Assembly (NCBI GenBank): GCA_963734495.1
Contig: CAVTHK010000007.1
Span: 64,001-128,000 of the forward strand
Reading direction: 5' to 3'
From: an uncultured Spirochaetota bacterium
Lineage (GTDB): Bacteria; Spirochaetota; Spirochaetia; SZUA-6; CAVTHK01
DNA length: 64,000 bases
Shown: in pieces, positions 49,466 through 59,694 of the stretch
Position numbering within the stretch: position 1 is the first letter of the stretch
How the letters are laid out: every line of letters starts with the position of its first letter
Notes under the pieces: model-generated
Told to the model about the DNA's origin: nothing
The model's input: only the letters and a program-made list of their open reading frames with translations
Database searches by the model: none
Translations under genes and position numbers: made by a program

Positions 49466-51957
49466 ATGAAAAGAGCCGCCGCTCTTGCGCTCGCCGCCCT
49501 CGCTGCGCTCGCTTTGTCGCGGCCCCTGGGGGCGCAGGCCCAGGAGCGCGACTGGTACATCGGCAAGGAGATCAAGGACTTCACATTCGCCGGGCTCGAA
49601 TCAGTGAGCGTCAACGAGCTGCGCCCGATCGTCCGCCCTTACATCGGCAAGCCCTTCACCATGGATCTCTTCTGGGAGATCCAGGGCAAGCTGTACGAGC
49701 TCGACTACTTCGACCAGGTCGACGCCGAGGCCAAGCCCGCCGACGACGCGCGGACCTCCGTCATCGTGGAGTTCCGCGTCAAGGAGCGGTCCACGTCTCG
49801 CAGATCAGGATCGAAGGGAACCGCAGGGTCTCCCGCACGGCGATCCTCGACAAGGTCCTCGTCAAGAAGGGCAAGTTCGCGTCGCAGGCCGACATCAACC
49901 TCGACATCGAAAACATCCGCGCGCTCTATTTCGAAAAGGGCTTCCCCGAAGTCAAGGTCACGGGCGAGACGACAAAGGAGCAGGGCAAGAACTCGGTCGT
50001 GGTCACGTTCCGCATCGACGAGGGCCAGGAGACGAGAATCCGGGAGATCCGCTTCTCCGGAAACGCCTCGATTCCGGCCAGCGCGCTCAAGGGCGAGATG
50101 AAGACCAGGGAACAGGGGCTCTTCTCCTCGGGCGCCTTCCGGGAGAGTCAGTTGCAGGAGGATATCAAGTCCATCGAGGCCTACTACCAGAATCGCGGCT
50201 ACGTGGACGCCAAGGTGGTCAAGGTCGACCGTCAGACCGAAACCGATGAGCAGAACCAGCGGGTCCAGCTCGTCCTCACCCTCTACGTCGAAGAAGGCAG
50301 CCAGTGGCTCTACGGCGGCATGACCTATGAGGGGAACAAAGTCTTCACCAACGCGCAGATCGACGCGCTGCTGCGGCTGAAGCCGGGGACTGTGTTCAAC
50401 AAGCAGCGGGTCGAGACCCAGTACCAGGCTATCGTCAGCCTCTACACGGACAGCGGCTACATCTTCAACGCCATCAACCGGGCGGAGACCCGCGACCCCG
50501 ACGCCAAGACGATATCCTACAAGCTCACCATCCACGAGTCTGACAAGGCCCACATCGAGAGCATCATCCTGCAGGGCAACAAGAAGACCAAGGACTTCGT
50601 GATTCGCCGCGAGCTGCCCTTCGAGGAAGGCGACATCTTCAGCGTCCAGAAGATCCGGCAGGGATACCTGAACCTGTACAACCTGCAGTACTTCTCGTCG
50701 ATCGACATCAACCCGGTCGAAGGAAGCCAGCCCGGCCTCATGGATCTCGTGGTCAGCGTCGAGGAGCAGAGCTGGGCCCAGTTCAAGTTCGCGCTGGCCT
50801 TTTCCGGCGGCGACTTCCCCATCTCGGGGCAGCTCGGCTGGTCGGACTCCAATTTCCTCGGCACCGGCAAGACGGTCGGCGTCGACCTCGAAGGCTCCAT
50901 CTATCGGCAGGGGATCGCCGCGAATTACAAGGACGACCACTTCTTCGGTCCGAACACGGGCGGCGGCGTGAACCTGTCGTTCTATCACAACGTCAACCGG
51001 AACATTCTCCAGGACATCCTGGCTCCGCAGTTCACCGACCAGGACATCCCGGATCCGTTTACGAGCCTGAAAGAGTACGAGGACGCGCTGAACTCCGGCA
51101 ACCTCAAGACCCCGTTCTATTCGACGATGACCTACGACTCCATCGACATCTCGCTCGGCTTCACAGCCAGCCACTACATACGGACCGTTCTCGGGCGGCT
51201 CGGAGTGAGCAGCGGCCTGTCGTCGACGATGACCTACGTCTGGTACGACCCCGAGGTCTACCGCCCGTACAGCTCGCTGGTCCGCAACAACCTGGACAGG
51301 TGGGACTTCGTCGACACGTGGGGAACGACCTTGTACTGGGACGACCGCGACATCTACTACAACCCTACCAAGGGCTTCTACCTGTCGCAGTACCTGGGGC
51401 TGACCGGCGGTTTCCTGCTCGGCAGCCGTCAGTACATCAAGCTCGCCACACGCACGGACGGATACCAGCAGCTCTTCAGCCTTCCGATCGGCGAGAAGTT
51501 CAAGCTCGAGATGGTGCTGGCGGCGCACAGCGAGCTTTCGTTCATCCTCCCTCAGCTCAACGGCGACCTCGAGCTGACACCCAAGGACACGCTGATCATC
51601 GACGGCATGACGATCGGCCGCGGCTGGGACTACATGTACGACTTCCGCTCCATGTGGTCGAACACCGTCGAGCTGCGGATGCCCATCGCCAAGCAGTTCC
51701 TGTGGTGGACATGGTTCTTCGACGCCGTCGGCGCGTGGGCCCTGCCCCAGGACATCGCGGGGATGACGATCGAGGATTTCTACTTCAGCTACGGGGGCGG
51801 CCTGCGGTTCACGATACCGGGGCTGCCGATCCGCCTCTACCTCGCCCAGGCGTTCAAGGTGACCAATGGCAAGGTCGAGAATCAGCCCGGCGACATCCCC
51901 CTGGGACCGCTGGAGCTCAAGTTCGTCATCTCGATCACGGTGCCGGGCGCGTTCTAG
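49466..51957 (+). CDS. bamA: Outer membrane protein assembly factor BamA (one apparent frameshift near 49795)
   Basis: POTRA repeats (GNKKTKDFVIRRE), NFLGTG, GGGLRF; adding one G restores KERSTVSQIRIEGN. Confidence 0.93.
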
Positions 51958-51980
51958 CCCGGGGTAAAGGAGAAAACGCC

Positions 51981-52526
51981 ATGAGACTGGCACCCGTTGC
52001 CGTCCTCCTGCTTCTTGGCGCCGCGGCGCTCCATGCCGAACAGGAGATCACCAAGATCGGCGTGGTCGACACGAGCCGGATCTACTCCGTCTATTTCCAG
52101 GATTCCAAGGCCGTCCGCGACCTCGCCGCGTTCAAGCAGTCCATCCTCGAAGAGTCCGGCCGGCTCAACGACGAGATCACCGGGCTGCAGGCCGCCAAGG
52201 TCAACGCGGAGCGCGACGGCCGCAAGGACGAATCGCTGCGCCTGGAGAGCCAGATCCTCGAGAAGGAGAACTTTCTCAGGGAGTATCAGCGGGTCAAGAA
52301 TCTGGAGTTCCGCTCGCGGCAGAGCAAGGTCGAGGTGGAGTCCTCGTTCCTGGGCGAGCTCGCGGACGCGATCGCCTACGTGGCGGTCAGCGAAGGCTTT
52401 TCCATGATCATGGAGAAGCAGAACCCCATCTTCCTGTACTTCACGCCCGAGAGCGACATCACCGAGAAAGTGCTCCAGCACCTGTTCGAAAAGGCGGGCA
52501 AGACCTACACGCCCGGCGGGAACTGA
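51981..52526 (+). CDS. skp: OmpH/Skp periplasmic chaperone
   Basis: SD AAAGGAG; signal peptide; KIGVVD...DITEKV. Confidence 0.88.
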   Translation: MRLAPVAVLLLLGAAALHAEQEITKIGVVDTSRIYSVYFQDSKAVRDLAAFKQSILEESGRLNDEITGLQAAKVNAERDGRKDESLRLESQILEKENFLREYQRVKNLEFRSRQSKVEVESSFLGELADAIAYVAVSEGFSMIMEKQNPIFLYFTPESDITEKVLQHLFEKAGKTYTPGGN

Positions 52527-52648
52527 GCACAGGGATGTGCTCGCCCGGCGCGACAGGCGCTCGTCCCGCGCGCTTTGGCCCAGCGTACTCGCTGGGTACT
52601 CGCGGGAGACGTCGAGAGCGCCGGGCTGAGCCCTCAAGCACTTGAGGG
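52525..52648 (+). repeat. Intergenic hairpin cluster (ANGGA hairpin, TACT hairpin, SD-overlapping hairpin)
   Basis: GAGCACAGGGATGTGCTC; CCCAGCG-TACT-CGCTGGG; CCCTCAAG-CA-CTTGAGGG; 16-mer identical to 28582-28597. Confidence 0.75.
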
Positions 52649-52654
52649 AGAGGC

Positions 52655-55312
52655 ATGGCGGCGGAGAGCGCGCGCGACAGAAGGGCAACCCCGGCTGGCA
52701 GGGAGGGCGCCGACGCGTTGCCGATGATCCGTCAGTACCGCCTGATCAAGGAGCAGCACCGCGATTCGGTGCTGTTCTTCCGCCTGGGAGACTTTTACGA
52801 GATGTTCGAGCAGGACGCCCGCGAGGTGTCCGCCCTGCTCGACCTCACCCTCACGCAGCGCAGCGGCGTCCCGATGTGCGGCATCCCCTATCACGCCGCG
52901 CAGAACTACATCGCCCGCCTGCTCAAGGCCGGGCGCAAGATCGCCGTCTGCGAGCAGACCGAGATGCCGCGCGGAGGGCGCGGGCTCGCGCGGCGGGAGG
53001 TCGTCGAGGTCATCACCCCCGGGACTCTGGTAGATGAAGGGTTCCTCGACCAGGCGAGCAACAACTACCTGATCGCGCTGGGCGCAGGCCGGGCGCCGGC
53101 TGCGTCGCCGGCCGTCGGGCTCGCCTACGTCGACCTTTCCACCGGCGAGTTCCGATGCACCTCGTTCGCCTGGGAGGAGCGCGGCGAGAGGCTGCGCAAG
53201 GAGCTGGAGCGCCTCGCTCCCCGCGAGGCGCTCGTGCAGGAGTCTCTGTTCGAGGAGGAGACGGTCGGCGGAACCCTTGCGGCCCGCGACGGCCTCCTCG
53301 TGAACCGTCTGCCCGACTGGAGCTTCGACGCGGCCGCCTCGTACCAGGAGCTGACGCGGCAGCTCGGGGTCGCCAACCTCAAGGGCTTCGGCCTCGACGA
53401 CGGCTCGCCCGAGGTCGCGGCCGCGGGCGCCATCCTCGGGTACGTGGCCTCCGCTTCCCGTTCGCTCCTGCCCCACATCCGCGCCATCGACGTCTACCGC
53501 GACTCGAGCGCCGTCATGCTCGACGAGACGACGCAGCGCAACCTCGAGCTCCTGCGCAACCTCTCCGACGGCAGCCGCAGGTACACGCTGCTCGAGGTCC
53601 TCGACCACACGCGCACCTCCATGGGAGCGCGCATGCTCAAGCGGTGGCTCCTCGCGCCCCTGATGGATCGCGATCGCATCGAGCGCCGCCTCGACTCGGT
53701 GGAGCTCTTCTACCGCGCGCAGGTCCTCCTGTCCCGGGTGCGGGAGACTCTTGGCCGCTTCCACGACGTGGAGCGTCTCTCCGCCCGCGTAGCCATGGAC
53801 CGCGCCCACGCGCGTGACCTGCTGGCGATCCGCGCGTCGCTCGAGGCGGTAGGCGCCCTCGCAGCGCTGCTGCGCGAGTCTCCGCAGGCGCACGCCTTCT
53901 CCGAGCGGCTCGCGACGCGCCTCGACGAGCTGCAGGCCCTCGAGCAGCTTCTGTCGAGGGGGATCGCCGAGAATCCGCCCATGCTCCTCAGCGAAGGCGA
54001 CCTGATCCGCGAGGGCTACGATGCCGAGCTCGACCGACTGCGGGCGGTCCGGCGCGACGCCCGACGGCGCCTGCACGCCCTGCTCAAGGAGGAGCAGGAG
54101 GCGACGCGCATCGCCTCGCTCAAGCTCCGGCACAACCGGGTGCTGGGCTGGTTCTTCGAGGTCACGAAACCCAACCTGGCGCTGGTGCCGCCCCACTTCA
54201 ACCGCAGGCAGTCGATGGCGAGCGCCGAGCGCTTCACGACCGAACGGCTCGCCGACCTCGAAAACGAGATCAACGGCGCGGCCGAGACCGCCAACGATCT
54301 CGAACGTCGTCTCTTTCTGGAGATCCGCGAGCGGGTCAAGTCGGGGGTTCCGACCCTCCTCGCCTACGGCGAGCTCATCGCGGAGATCGACGTCCTGCAG
54401 GGCTTCGCGATGGGCGCGACCGTGCACGGCTTCGCGAGGCCGGCCCTCGACGCCGAGGGCGACCTGTCGATCACCGAAGGCCGGCATCCCGTCGTCGAGG
54501 CGCACCTGCCGCCGGGGGCGTTCGTTCCCAACAGCCTGAAGCTGGGCCGCGGGTCCGGCAGATTCGTGCTGCTGACAGGCCCGAACATGGCCGGGAAGAG
54601 CACGTTCCTGAGGCAGGTGGCCCTCATCGCGCTCATGGCGCAGGCGGGCTCATTCGTGCCGGCGCGCGAAGCCTCGCTGCCTCTCGTGGACCGGATTTTC
54701 TGCCGCGTGGGCGCGATGGACAACCTGGCCAGGGGGGAATCGACGTTCCTCGTGGAGATGAACGAGACGGCGAACATCATCCGCTCCGCGACGCGGCGAA
54801 GCCTCGTCATCATGGACGAGGTGGGCCGCGGGACGGGAACCACCGACGGCCTTGCCATCGCGTGGAGCGTCTCCTCGTACCTCATGGAGAAGATCGGCGC
54901 CTACACCCTCTTCGCCACCCACTACCACGAGCTCGCCGGCCTCGAGCATCCCGACCTGGTGAGGCTCTGCATGGACGTGGAGGAGAGAGACGGCGAGATC
55001 CTGTTCCTCAAGCGCGTGCGGCCGGGCTCGTCGGACAACTCCTACGGGCTGCACGTGGCCCGCCTTGCGGGGCTTCCCGCGGAGGTCATAGAGCGCGCGC
55101 ACAGGGTCCTCGAGGGAATCGTCGAGCGGCCCGAACGGCTCGCCATCGCTCCGCAGCCTGCCGCCGCGCCGCCTCCCGTCCAGGCCGAGCTCTTCGGGCC
55201 CGCGGAGATCGTGGTCCAAGGGCTCCGGAGCGTAGATCTGGAGCGGATGACACCGCTCGAGGCGCTGAATCTGCTGGCCCGCTGGAAGCGCGAGATAGAC
55301 CGCGGCTCGTGA
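52655..55312 (+). CDS. mutS: DNA mismatch repair protein MutS
   Basis: GDFYEMF, TGPNMAGKST, STFLVEM, DEVGRGT, FATHYHEL. Confidence 0.98.
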   Translation: MAAESARDRRATPAGREGADALPMIRQYRLIKEQHRDSVLFFRLGDFYEMFEQDAREVSALLDLTLTQRSGVPMCGIPYHAAQNYIARLLKAGRKIAVCEQTEMPRGGRGLARREVVEVITPGTLVDEGFLDQASNNYLIALGAGRAPAASPAVGLAYVDLSTGEFRCTSFAWEERGERLRKELERLAPREALVQESLFEEETVGGTLAARDGLLVNRLPDWSFDAAASYQELTRQLGVANLKGFGLDDGSPEVAAAGAILGYVASASRSLLPHIRAIDVYRDSSAVMLDETTQRNLELLRNLSDGSRRYTLLEVLDHTRTSMGARMLKRWLLAPLMDRDRIERRLDSVELFYRAQVLLSRVRETLGRFHDVERLSARVAMDRAHARDLLAIRASLEAVGALAALLRESPQAHAFSERLATRLDELQALEQLLSRGIAENPPMLLSEGDLIREGYDAELDRLRAVRRDARRRLHALLKEEQEATRIASLKLRHNRVLGWFFEVTKPNLALVPPHFNRRQSMASAERFTTERLADLENEINGAAETANDLERRLFLEIRERVKSGVPTLLAYGELIAEIDVLQGFAMGATVHGFARPALDAEGDLSITEGRHPVVEAHLPPGAFVPNSLKLGRGSGRFVLLTGPNMAGKSTFLRQVALIALMAQAGSFVPAREASLPLVDRIFCRVGAMDNLARGESTFLVEMNETANIIRSATRRSLVIMDEVGRGTGTTDGLAIAWSVSSYLMEKIGAYTLFATHYHELAGLEHPDLVRLCMDVEERDGEILFLKRVRPGSSDNSYGLHVARLAGLPAEVIERAHRVLEGIVERPERLAIAPQPAAAPPPVQAELFGPAEIVVQGLRSVDLERMTPLEALNLLARWKREIDRGS

Positions 55313-55332
55313 GCCCCCCGAGTACGGGGGGC
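55313..55332. terminator. Hairpin between convergent mutS and rpmE (G-AGTA-C loop)
   Basis: GCCCCCCG-AGTA-CGGGGGGC; no clear U-tract. Confidence 0.4.
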
Positions 55333-55364
55333 AGGTGGCCCTCCCGGCGGCGGACTTCTCTTTC

Positions 55365-55613
55365 CTAGTCCTTGATGTTGTACTTCTTCTTGAACCGCTC
55401 GATGCGTCCGGCCGTGTCGACCAGCTGCTGCTTGCCCGTGAAGAATGGGTGGGACGCGCTGGAGATCTCGACGTCGAACACCGGGTACTCGTTGCCGTCG
55501 GTGTACTTGACTTTCTGCTTCGTCGCCACCGTGGAGCGGGTCAGGAACAGCGTGCCGGAAGCCGTGTCCCGGAACACGACCGGCCGGTAGTTGGGGTGGA
55601 TATCCTTTTTCAT
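55365..55613 (-). CDS. rpmE: 50S ribosomal protein L31, type B (no Zn-binding cysteines)
   Basis: MKKDIHPNY...[12 protein letters not shown]...GRIERF. Confidence 0.96.
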   Translation of the reverse strand: MKKDIHPNYRPVVFRDTASGTLFLTRSTVATKQKVKYTDGNEYPVFDVEISSASHPFFTGKQQLVDTAGRIERFKKKYNIKD

Positions 55614-55661
55614 CGTCGCTTCAACTCCTCGCGGACCGCGCCGGGCCTTCGACCGAGGGCG

Positions 55662-57257
55662 TCACTCCGCCGCGGCGCCCGTGTTCATCGACTGCAGGAA
55701 GACCGCATTGTTCTTGGTCTTGTTCATTTTGTCAATCAGAAGCTCGATCACCTCGGAGTCGTCCATCGGGTTCATGACCTTGCGCAGGATCCAGACTTTC
55801 TGCAGCTCCTCGTCGCTGAGCAGGAGCTCCTCCTTGCGGGTGCTCGAGCGCTTGATGTTGATCGCGGGAAAGGTCCGCCGGTCAGCGATCTTGCGGTCGA
55901 GGAGCACTTCCATGTTGCCGGTGCCCTTGAACTCCTCGAAGATGACCTCGTCCATCCGGCTGCCCGTCTCGATGAGCGCGGTGGCCACGATCGTGAGGCT
56001 GCCGCCCTTCTCGATGTTCCGCGCGGCGCCGAAGAAACGCTTGGGCTTGTGCAGCGCGTTGGAGTCGACGCCGCCCGAGAGGATCTTCCCCGACGTGGGC
56101 ACGGTCTGGTTGTAGGCCCGCGCCAGGCGCGTGATCGAGTCGAGGAGAATCACGACGTCCCGGCCGTGCTCCACGAACCGCTTGGCCCGCTCGATGACCA
56201 TCTCGGCGACCTGGACGTGCCGCGTCGCCTGCTCGTCGAACGTCGAAGAGATCACCTCGCCCTTGACATTGCGCTGCATGTCGGTCACTTCCTCGGGCCG
56301 CTCGTCGATGAGCAGCACGAACAGCAGCACTTCGGGCTGGTTCTCCGTGATCGCGTTGGCGATCTTCTGCAGGAGGATCGTCTTTCCGGCCTTGGGAGGC
56401 GAAACGATCAGCCCCCGCTGCCCCCTGCCGATCGGGCAGAACAGGTTGATGAGGCGGGTCGAGATGTCGCCCGACCGGGTCTCGAGGTTCAGCCGCTGAT
56501 TCGGGTAGACCGGGAGCAGGTTGTCGAACGGGATGCGCGTCTGCGCGACCTGCGGCTCGTCCATGTTGACGCTCTCGACGCGCAACATCGCGAAGAAGCG
56601 CTCCCCCTCCTTGGGCGAGCGGATCTGGCCGGCGACCGTGTCGCCGGTCTTGAGGTTGAAGAGCCGGATCTGCGACGGCGATATGTAGATATCGTCCGGC
56701 CCGGGGAGGTAGCTGTAGTTCGGCGATCGGAGGAACCCGTACCCGTCGGGCAGGATCTCCAGCGCCCCGAACGCGTAGATGGTCCCGCCCCGCTCCGTGT
56801 GCGCCTTGAGGGCCGCGAAGATGAGCTCCTGCTTGCGCATGGCGACGACCCGGTCCTGCGGGATGTCCAGGGTGCGGGCCAGGTCGCGGAGCTCGGTCAT
56901 GCTCATGCTCGAGAGCTCGTTGATCTGCAGCCGCTGGTCTTTGCGGCTCGCGCCTTCGTGATCGGCGCGGGAGCGCTCCGCGGCGGCGACGTCGCCGCCC
57001 TCCGCCAGCGCCTCCTCACCCCCCTCGGCGACGGGCTCCTCGGGCTCGGCGGCGTCCTTGATGAGCTGGACGCGTATCCTCCGGCGTTTGCCCCGCCGGG
57101 GCCCGCCTTCCCGCAGGGGCTGCGGCATGACGTCCGGAGGCTCTTCCGGCCCGTGTCCCGCTTCCTGCTCGGCCGCACGGGCCTCCATAGGCTCCGACGA
57201 AAGGCCGAGGTCCTGAGTCTCACTGCCGCCGTTGCGCTGCTTTCGGATTAATGCCAT
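55662..57257 (-). CDS. rho: Transcription termination factor Rho
   Basis: [37 protein letters not shown]. Confidence 0.98.
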   Translation of the reverse strand: MALIRKQRNGGSETQDLGLSSEPMEARAAEQEAGHGPEEPPDVMPQPLREGGPRRGKRRRIRVQLIKDAAEPEEPVAEGGEEALAEGGDVAAAERSRADHEGASRKDQRLQINELSSMSMTELRDLARTLDIPQDRVVAMRKQELIFAALKAHTERGGTIYAFGALEILPDGYGFLRSPNYSYLPGPDDIYISPSQIRLFNLKTGDTVAGQIRSPKEGERFFAMLRVESVNMDEPQVAQTRIPFDNLLPVYPNQRLNLETRSGDISTRLINLFCPIGRGQRGLIVSPPKAGKTILLQKIANAITENQPEVLLFVLLIDERPEEVTDMQRNVKGEVISSTFDEQATRHVQVAEMVIERAKRFVEHGRDVVILLDSITRLARAYNQTVPTSGKILSGGVDSNALHKPKRFFGAARNIEKGGSLTIVATALIETGSRMDEVIFEEFKGTGNMEVLLDRKIADRRTFPAINIKRSSTRKEELLLSDEELQKVWILRKVMNPMDDSEVIELLIDKMNKTKNNAVFLQSMNTGAAAE

Positions 57258-57343
57258 CAGGCCTGCTCCAAGTATGAAAAGGGTGACGGGGAAATCGGAC
57301 TGTCCTCGGAAATCGAGGGCGGTTGGGTAACTGCCTTGCTCAT

Positions 57344-57373
57344 AGTATATTGCTGACTCCTGTCTGGTGTCAA
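57344..57373 (-). promoter_or_regulatory. Sigma70 promoter of rho-rpmE
   Basis: TTGACA-N18-TATACT. Confidence 0.7.
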
Positions 57374-57452
57374 TACAGCCGCGGGGGAATTCGCGCCCAT
57401 CGGCCGGCCCTTGGCGGCTCTGCCCCCGGGAGCGCGCCGCTCTGTGCTGTGC

Positions 57453-58127
57453 CTACAAGCCGTCGGAGCTTCCGGCAATCGCGCGCACGCGCGCTTGCAG
57501 CATGAGCAGAACGTTCCAGGCCGCGAGGTCGCGGATGCGCTCCCGGTCGCCGGCGAAGAAGAAGTGCCGCGCCTCCACGTCTTCGCCAGCGTCGCGGACC
57601 GCCACCCATACGGTGCCGACCGGCTTTTCCGCCGTCCCTCCGTCGGGACCCGCGATGCCTGAAACCGCGGCCGAGAAGCCTGCGCCGAAGGCCCGCGCCG
57701 CCCCCCTGGCCATCGCTTCGACTACGGGGCGCGACACCGCCCCATGACGCGCGATCTCGTCCGCCGGCACGCCGAGCAGGCGAACTTTCGCGTCGTTCGC
57801 GTACGCGACGATTCCGCCGAGCAGGAATACCGAGCTCCCCGCGACGTCGGTCAGGAGCTTGGCGACCAGCCCGCCCGTGCAGGATTCCGCGAGCGCGAGC
57901 GTGGCCCCGGCGCTCTTGAGCGACGCCGCTACGCGCTGCGCCAGGGTGCGGTCGCCCGCGGCGACGCGGGCGTCGCCGAACGCCCCCCGAAGCCGCTCGG
58001 CCGCCGCTGAGGCCGCCCCGTCGGGCGGGGTGACGACGATCCGGTCGGCCTCCGTGCGCAGCGCGCAGGCGCCCAGTCCGGCCGCAGCCAACCCGGCCTG
58101 GACCTCGGCCGCGGTTGCGAGATACAC
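57453..58127 (-). CDS. CinA/PncC NMN deamidase domain protein (start uncertain)
   Basis: AESCTGG, GSS, YANDAK, HGAVS, SGIAGPDGG..EKPVGTV. Confidence 0.88.
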   Translation of the reverse strand: MYLATAAEVQAGLAAAGLGACALRTEADRIVVTPPDGAASAAAERLRGAFGDARVAAGDRTLAQRVAASLKSAGATLALAESCTGGLVAKLLTDVAGSSVFLLGGIVAYANDAKVRLLGVPADEIARHGAVSRPVVEAMARGAARAFGAGFSAAVSGIAGPDGGTAEKPVGTVWVAVRDAGEDVEARHFFFAGDRERIRDLAAWNVLLMLQARVRAIAGSSDGL

Positions 58128-58189
58128 CGAGAGCGTGCTTCCCGGTCGTGAGCCCGTTCCAGTCGCCTCCGCGCCGGCCCCGGCGGACT

Positions 58190-58591
58190 TCAGGCGCCTT
58201 TGAGGGATTCCTTGAGCTCGGAAGATCGCGCCGAGAAGATGTCGATCGGGGCACCGTCTCTGATCATTTCGCACTTGCCTTCGAACACCACTCCGTCGGC
58301 GATCTTGAGCTTCGCTGTCCTCACGTCCCCGTAGAGGCGGGCGGTGGCAAGGAGCTCCACCTTGTCGCGCGCCAGCACGTTGCCGCGAAGGGTCCCCGCG
58401 ATTACGACCGCGCCGACCTCGATGTCGGCGTCGACCTCGGCGCCCTGCTCGACGTAGAGGGAGCCCGACGACAGGATCCGGCCCTGAAAACGGCCTTCGA
58501 TCTTGAGCGACTTCTCGAACCGCATGGTCCCGCTGAAGCTCGTCTCCTTGCCGAGGCTCGTGCTGATCCGGTCGTCAGTGATCTTCGACAC
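58190..58591 (-). CDS. Bactofilin (polymer-forming cytoskeletal protein)
   Basis: LKIEGRFQG...GNV...LYGDV...IADGVVFEGKCEM. Confidence 0.9.
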   Translation of the reverse strand: MSKITDDRISTSLGKETSFSGTMRFEKSLKIEGRFQGRILSSGSLYVEQGAEVDADIEVGAVVIAGTLRGNVLARDKVELLATARLYGDVRTAKLKIADGVVFEGKCEMIRDGAPIDIFSARSSELKESLKGA

Positions 58592-58604
58592 GTTCCGTTT
58601 CCGC

Positions 58605-58826
58605 TTACTTGGTTGTCATTACGAACACGCCGTCCCAGTCCTCGGGGGGCGGATTCTCGATGTAGTGCTTGCACCGGGCATAGTAGACCTTGGCCGGCCC
58701 GTCGTCAGGGTCGGCCTGGAGCGCCCGGGCAAAGAAGGCCCGCGCATCCTCGAACCGCATGAGCTTGTACGCCTTTCGGCCTTCGGCGAAGAGGTCGAGG
58801 ACCTGCTTCTTCTGCTCGGAGATCAC
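58605..58826 (-). CDS. Small TPR-like protein
   Basis: DPDDGPAKVYYARC...PPEDWDGVF, resembling the C-terminal tail of adenylate cyclase-family proteins. Confidence 0.8.
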   Translation of the reverse strand: MISEQKKQVLDLFAEGRKAYKLMRFEDARAFFARALQADPDDGPAKVYYARCKHYIENPPPEDWDGVFVMTTK

Positions 58827-59572
58827 CGGGAGGCCCCCGCCCCGCTCTTCCCGCCGCGGCCCGCGCCCGCCAGAAGCGACTTGCGGTACTTCTCCTCGAG
58901 GTCCTTGAGCGCGAGGTCGCCTTCCCTCAGCTTGGTCTCCTGGCTCCTCAGCTCCTCGACCTCGCCCTCGAGCCCTCCGAGCGCCGCGAGGATTTCCTGC
59001 TGCTCCTTGCGCACGAATTCGAGCAGGGTCTTCATCTGCTTCTCGTTCGAGGGGTCGGCCGCCTTGATCTTTTCCAGGATCTCGGTGACGGGCTTGCGCA
59101 CGTGGCGGGTAAAGAAGAGCAGCGAATTGTTCAGCGACTCGATGACCGCGATGCGCTTTTCGCGGCGGCTCACCTGCTTGTGCAGCTCCCGGCCCCGCAG
59201 CACGGCCCTGATCCGGGCGAGTACTTCGGAAAAGTTGAAGGGCTTCGTGATGTAGTCGTCGACACCGAGCTCGAACCCCTCGATCTTGTCCTCCACGCTG
59301 TCCATCGCCGAGAACATGATCACGGGGATGTCCCTGCAGTCCGCGTACGCCGAGTCGTTCTTGAGCTTCTTCGTGACCTCCCAGCCCGTCAGGCCCGGCA
59401 TGATGTTGTCGAGGAGGATGAGGTCCGGCTGGAACGAGAGGGCCAGCTCGAGCGCTTCCTCGCCGTTTTCGGCCTTGGCCACCTCGAACCCGAGCTTGCT
59501 GAGCATCACGTCGAAGAACTCGAGGTTGATCGGCTCGTCGTCTACAATGAGCAGCTTGTCCCTGGGTTTCAT
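58823..59572 (-). CDS. Response regulator (REC plus coiled-coil/DHp-like output)
   Basis: LIVDDE, LLDNIMP, FSA, DYITKPF; promoter TTGACA-N17-GAGAAT at 59628-59600. Confidence 0.9.
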   Translation of the reverse strand: MKPRDKLLIVDDEPINLEFFDVMLSKLGFEVAKAENGEEALELALSFQPDLILLDNIMPGLTGWEVTKKLKNDSAYADCRDIPVIMFSAMDSVEDKIEGFELGVDDYITKPFNFSEVLARIRAVLRGRELHKQVSRREKRIAVIESLNNSLLFFTRHVRKPVTEILEKIKAADPSNEKQMKTLLEFVRKEQQEILAALGGLEGEVEELRSQETKLREGDLALKDLEEKYRKSLLAGAGRGGKSGAGASR

Positions 59573-59650
59573 GTCACGTCCCAACGGGCGGGATGGTTCA
59601 TTCTCCCAAACTGCACGGCCGTTGTCAACTGCCGGCGCCCGGGCCAGCCC

Positions 59651-59694
59651 GGGCCCAGACACGGATGTCGGGCCCCGCGGGCGACAGGGATGTC
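59651..59694 (+). repeat. Two ANGGA-loop hairpins
   Basis: GACACGGATGTC (59658-59669) and GACAGGGATGTC (59683-59694). Confidence 0.8.
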
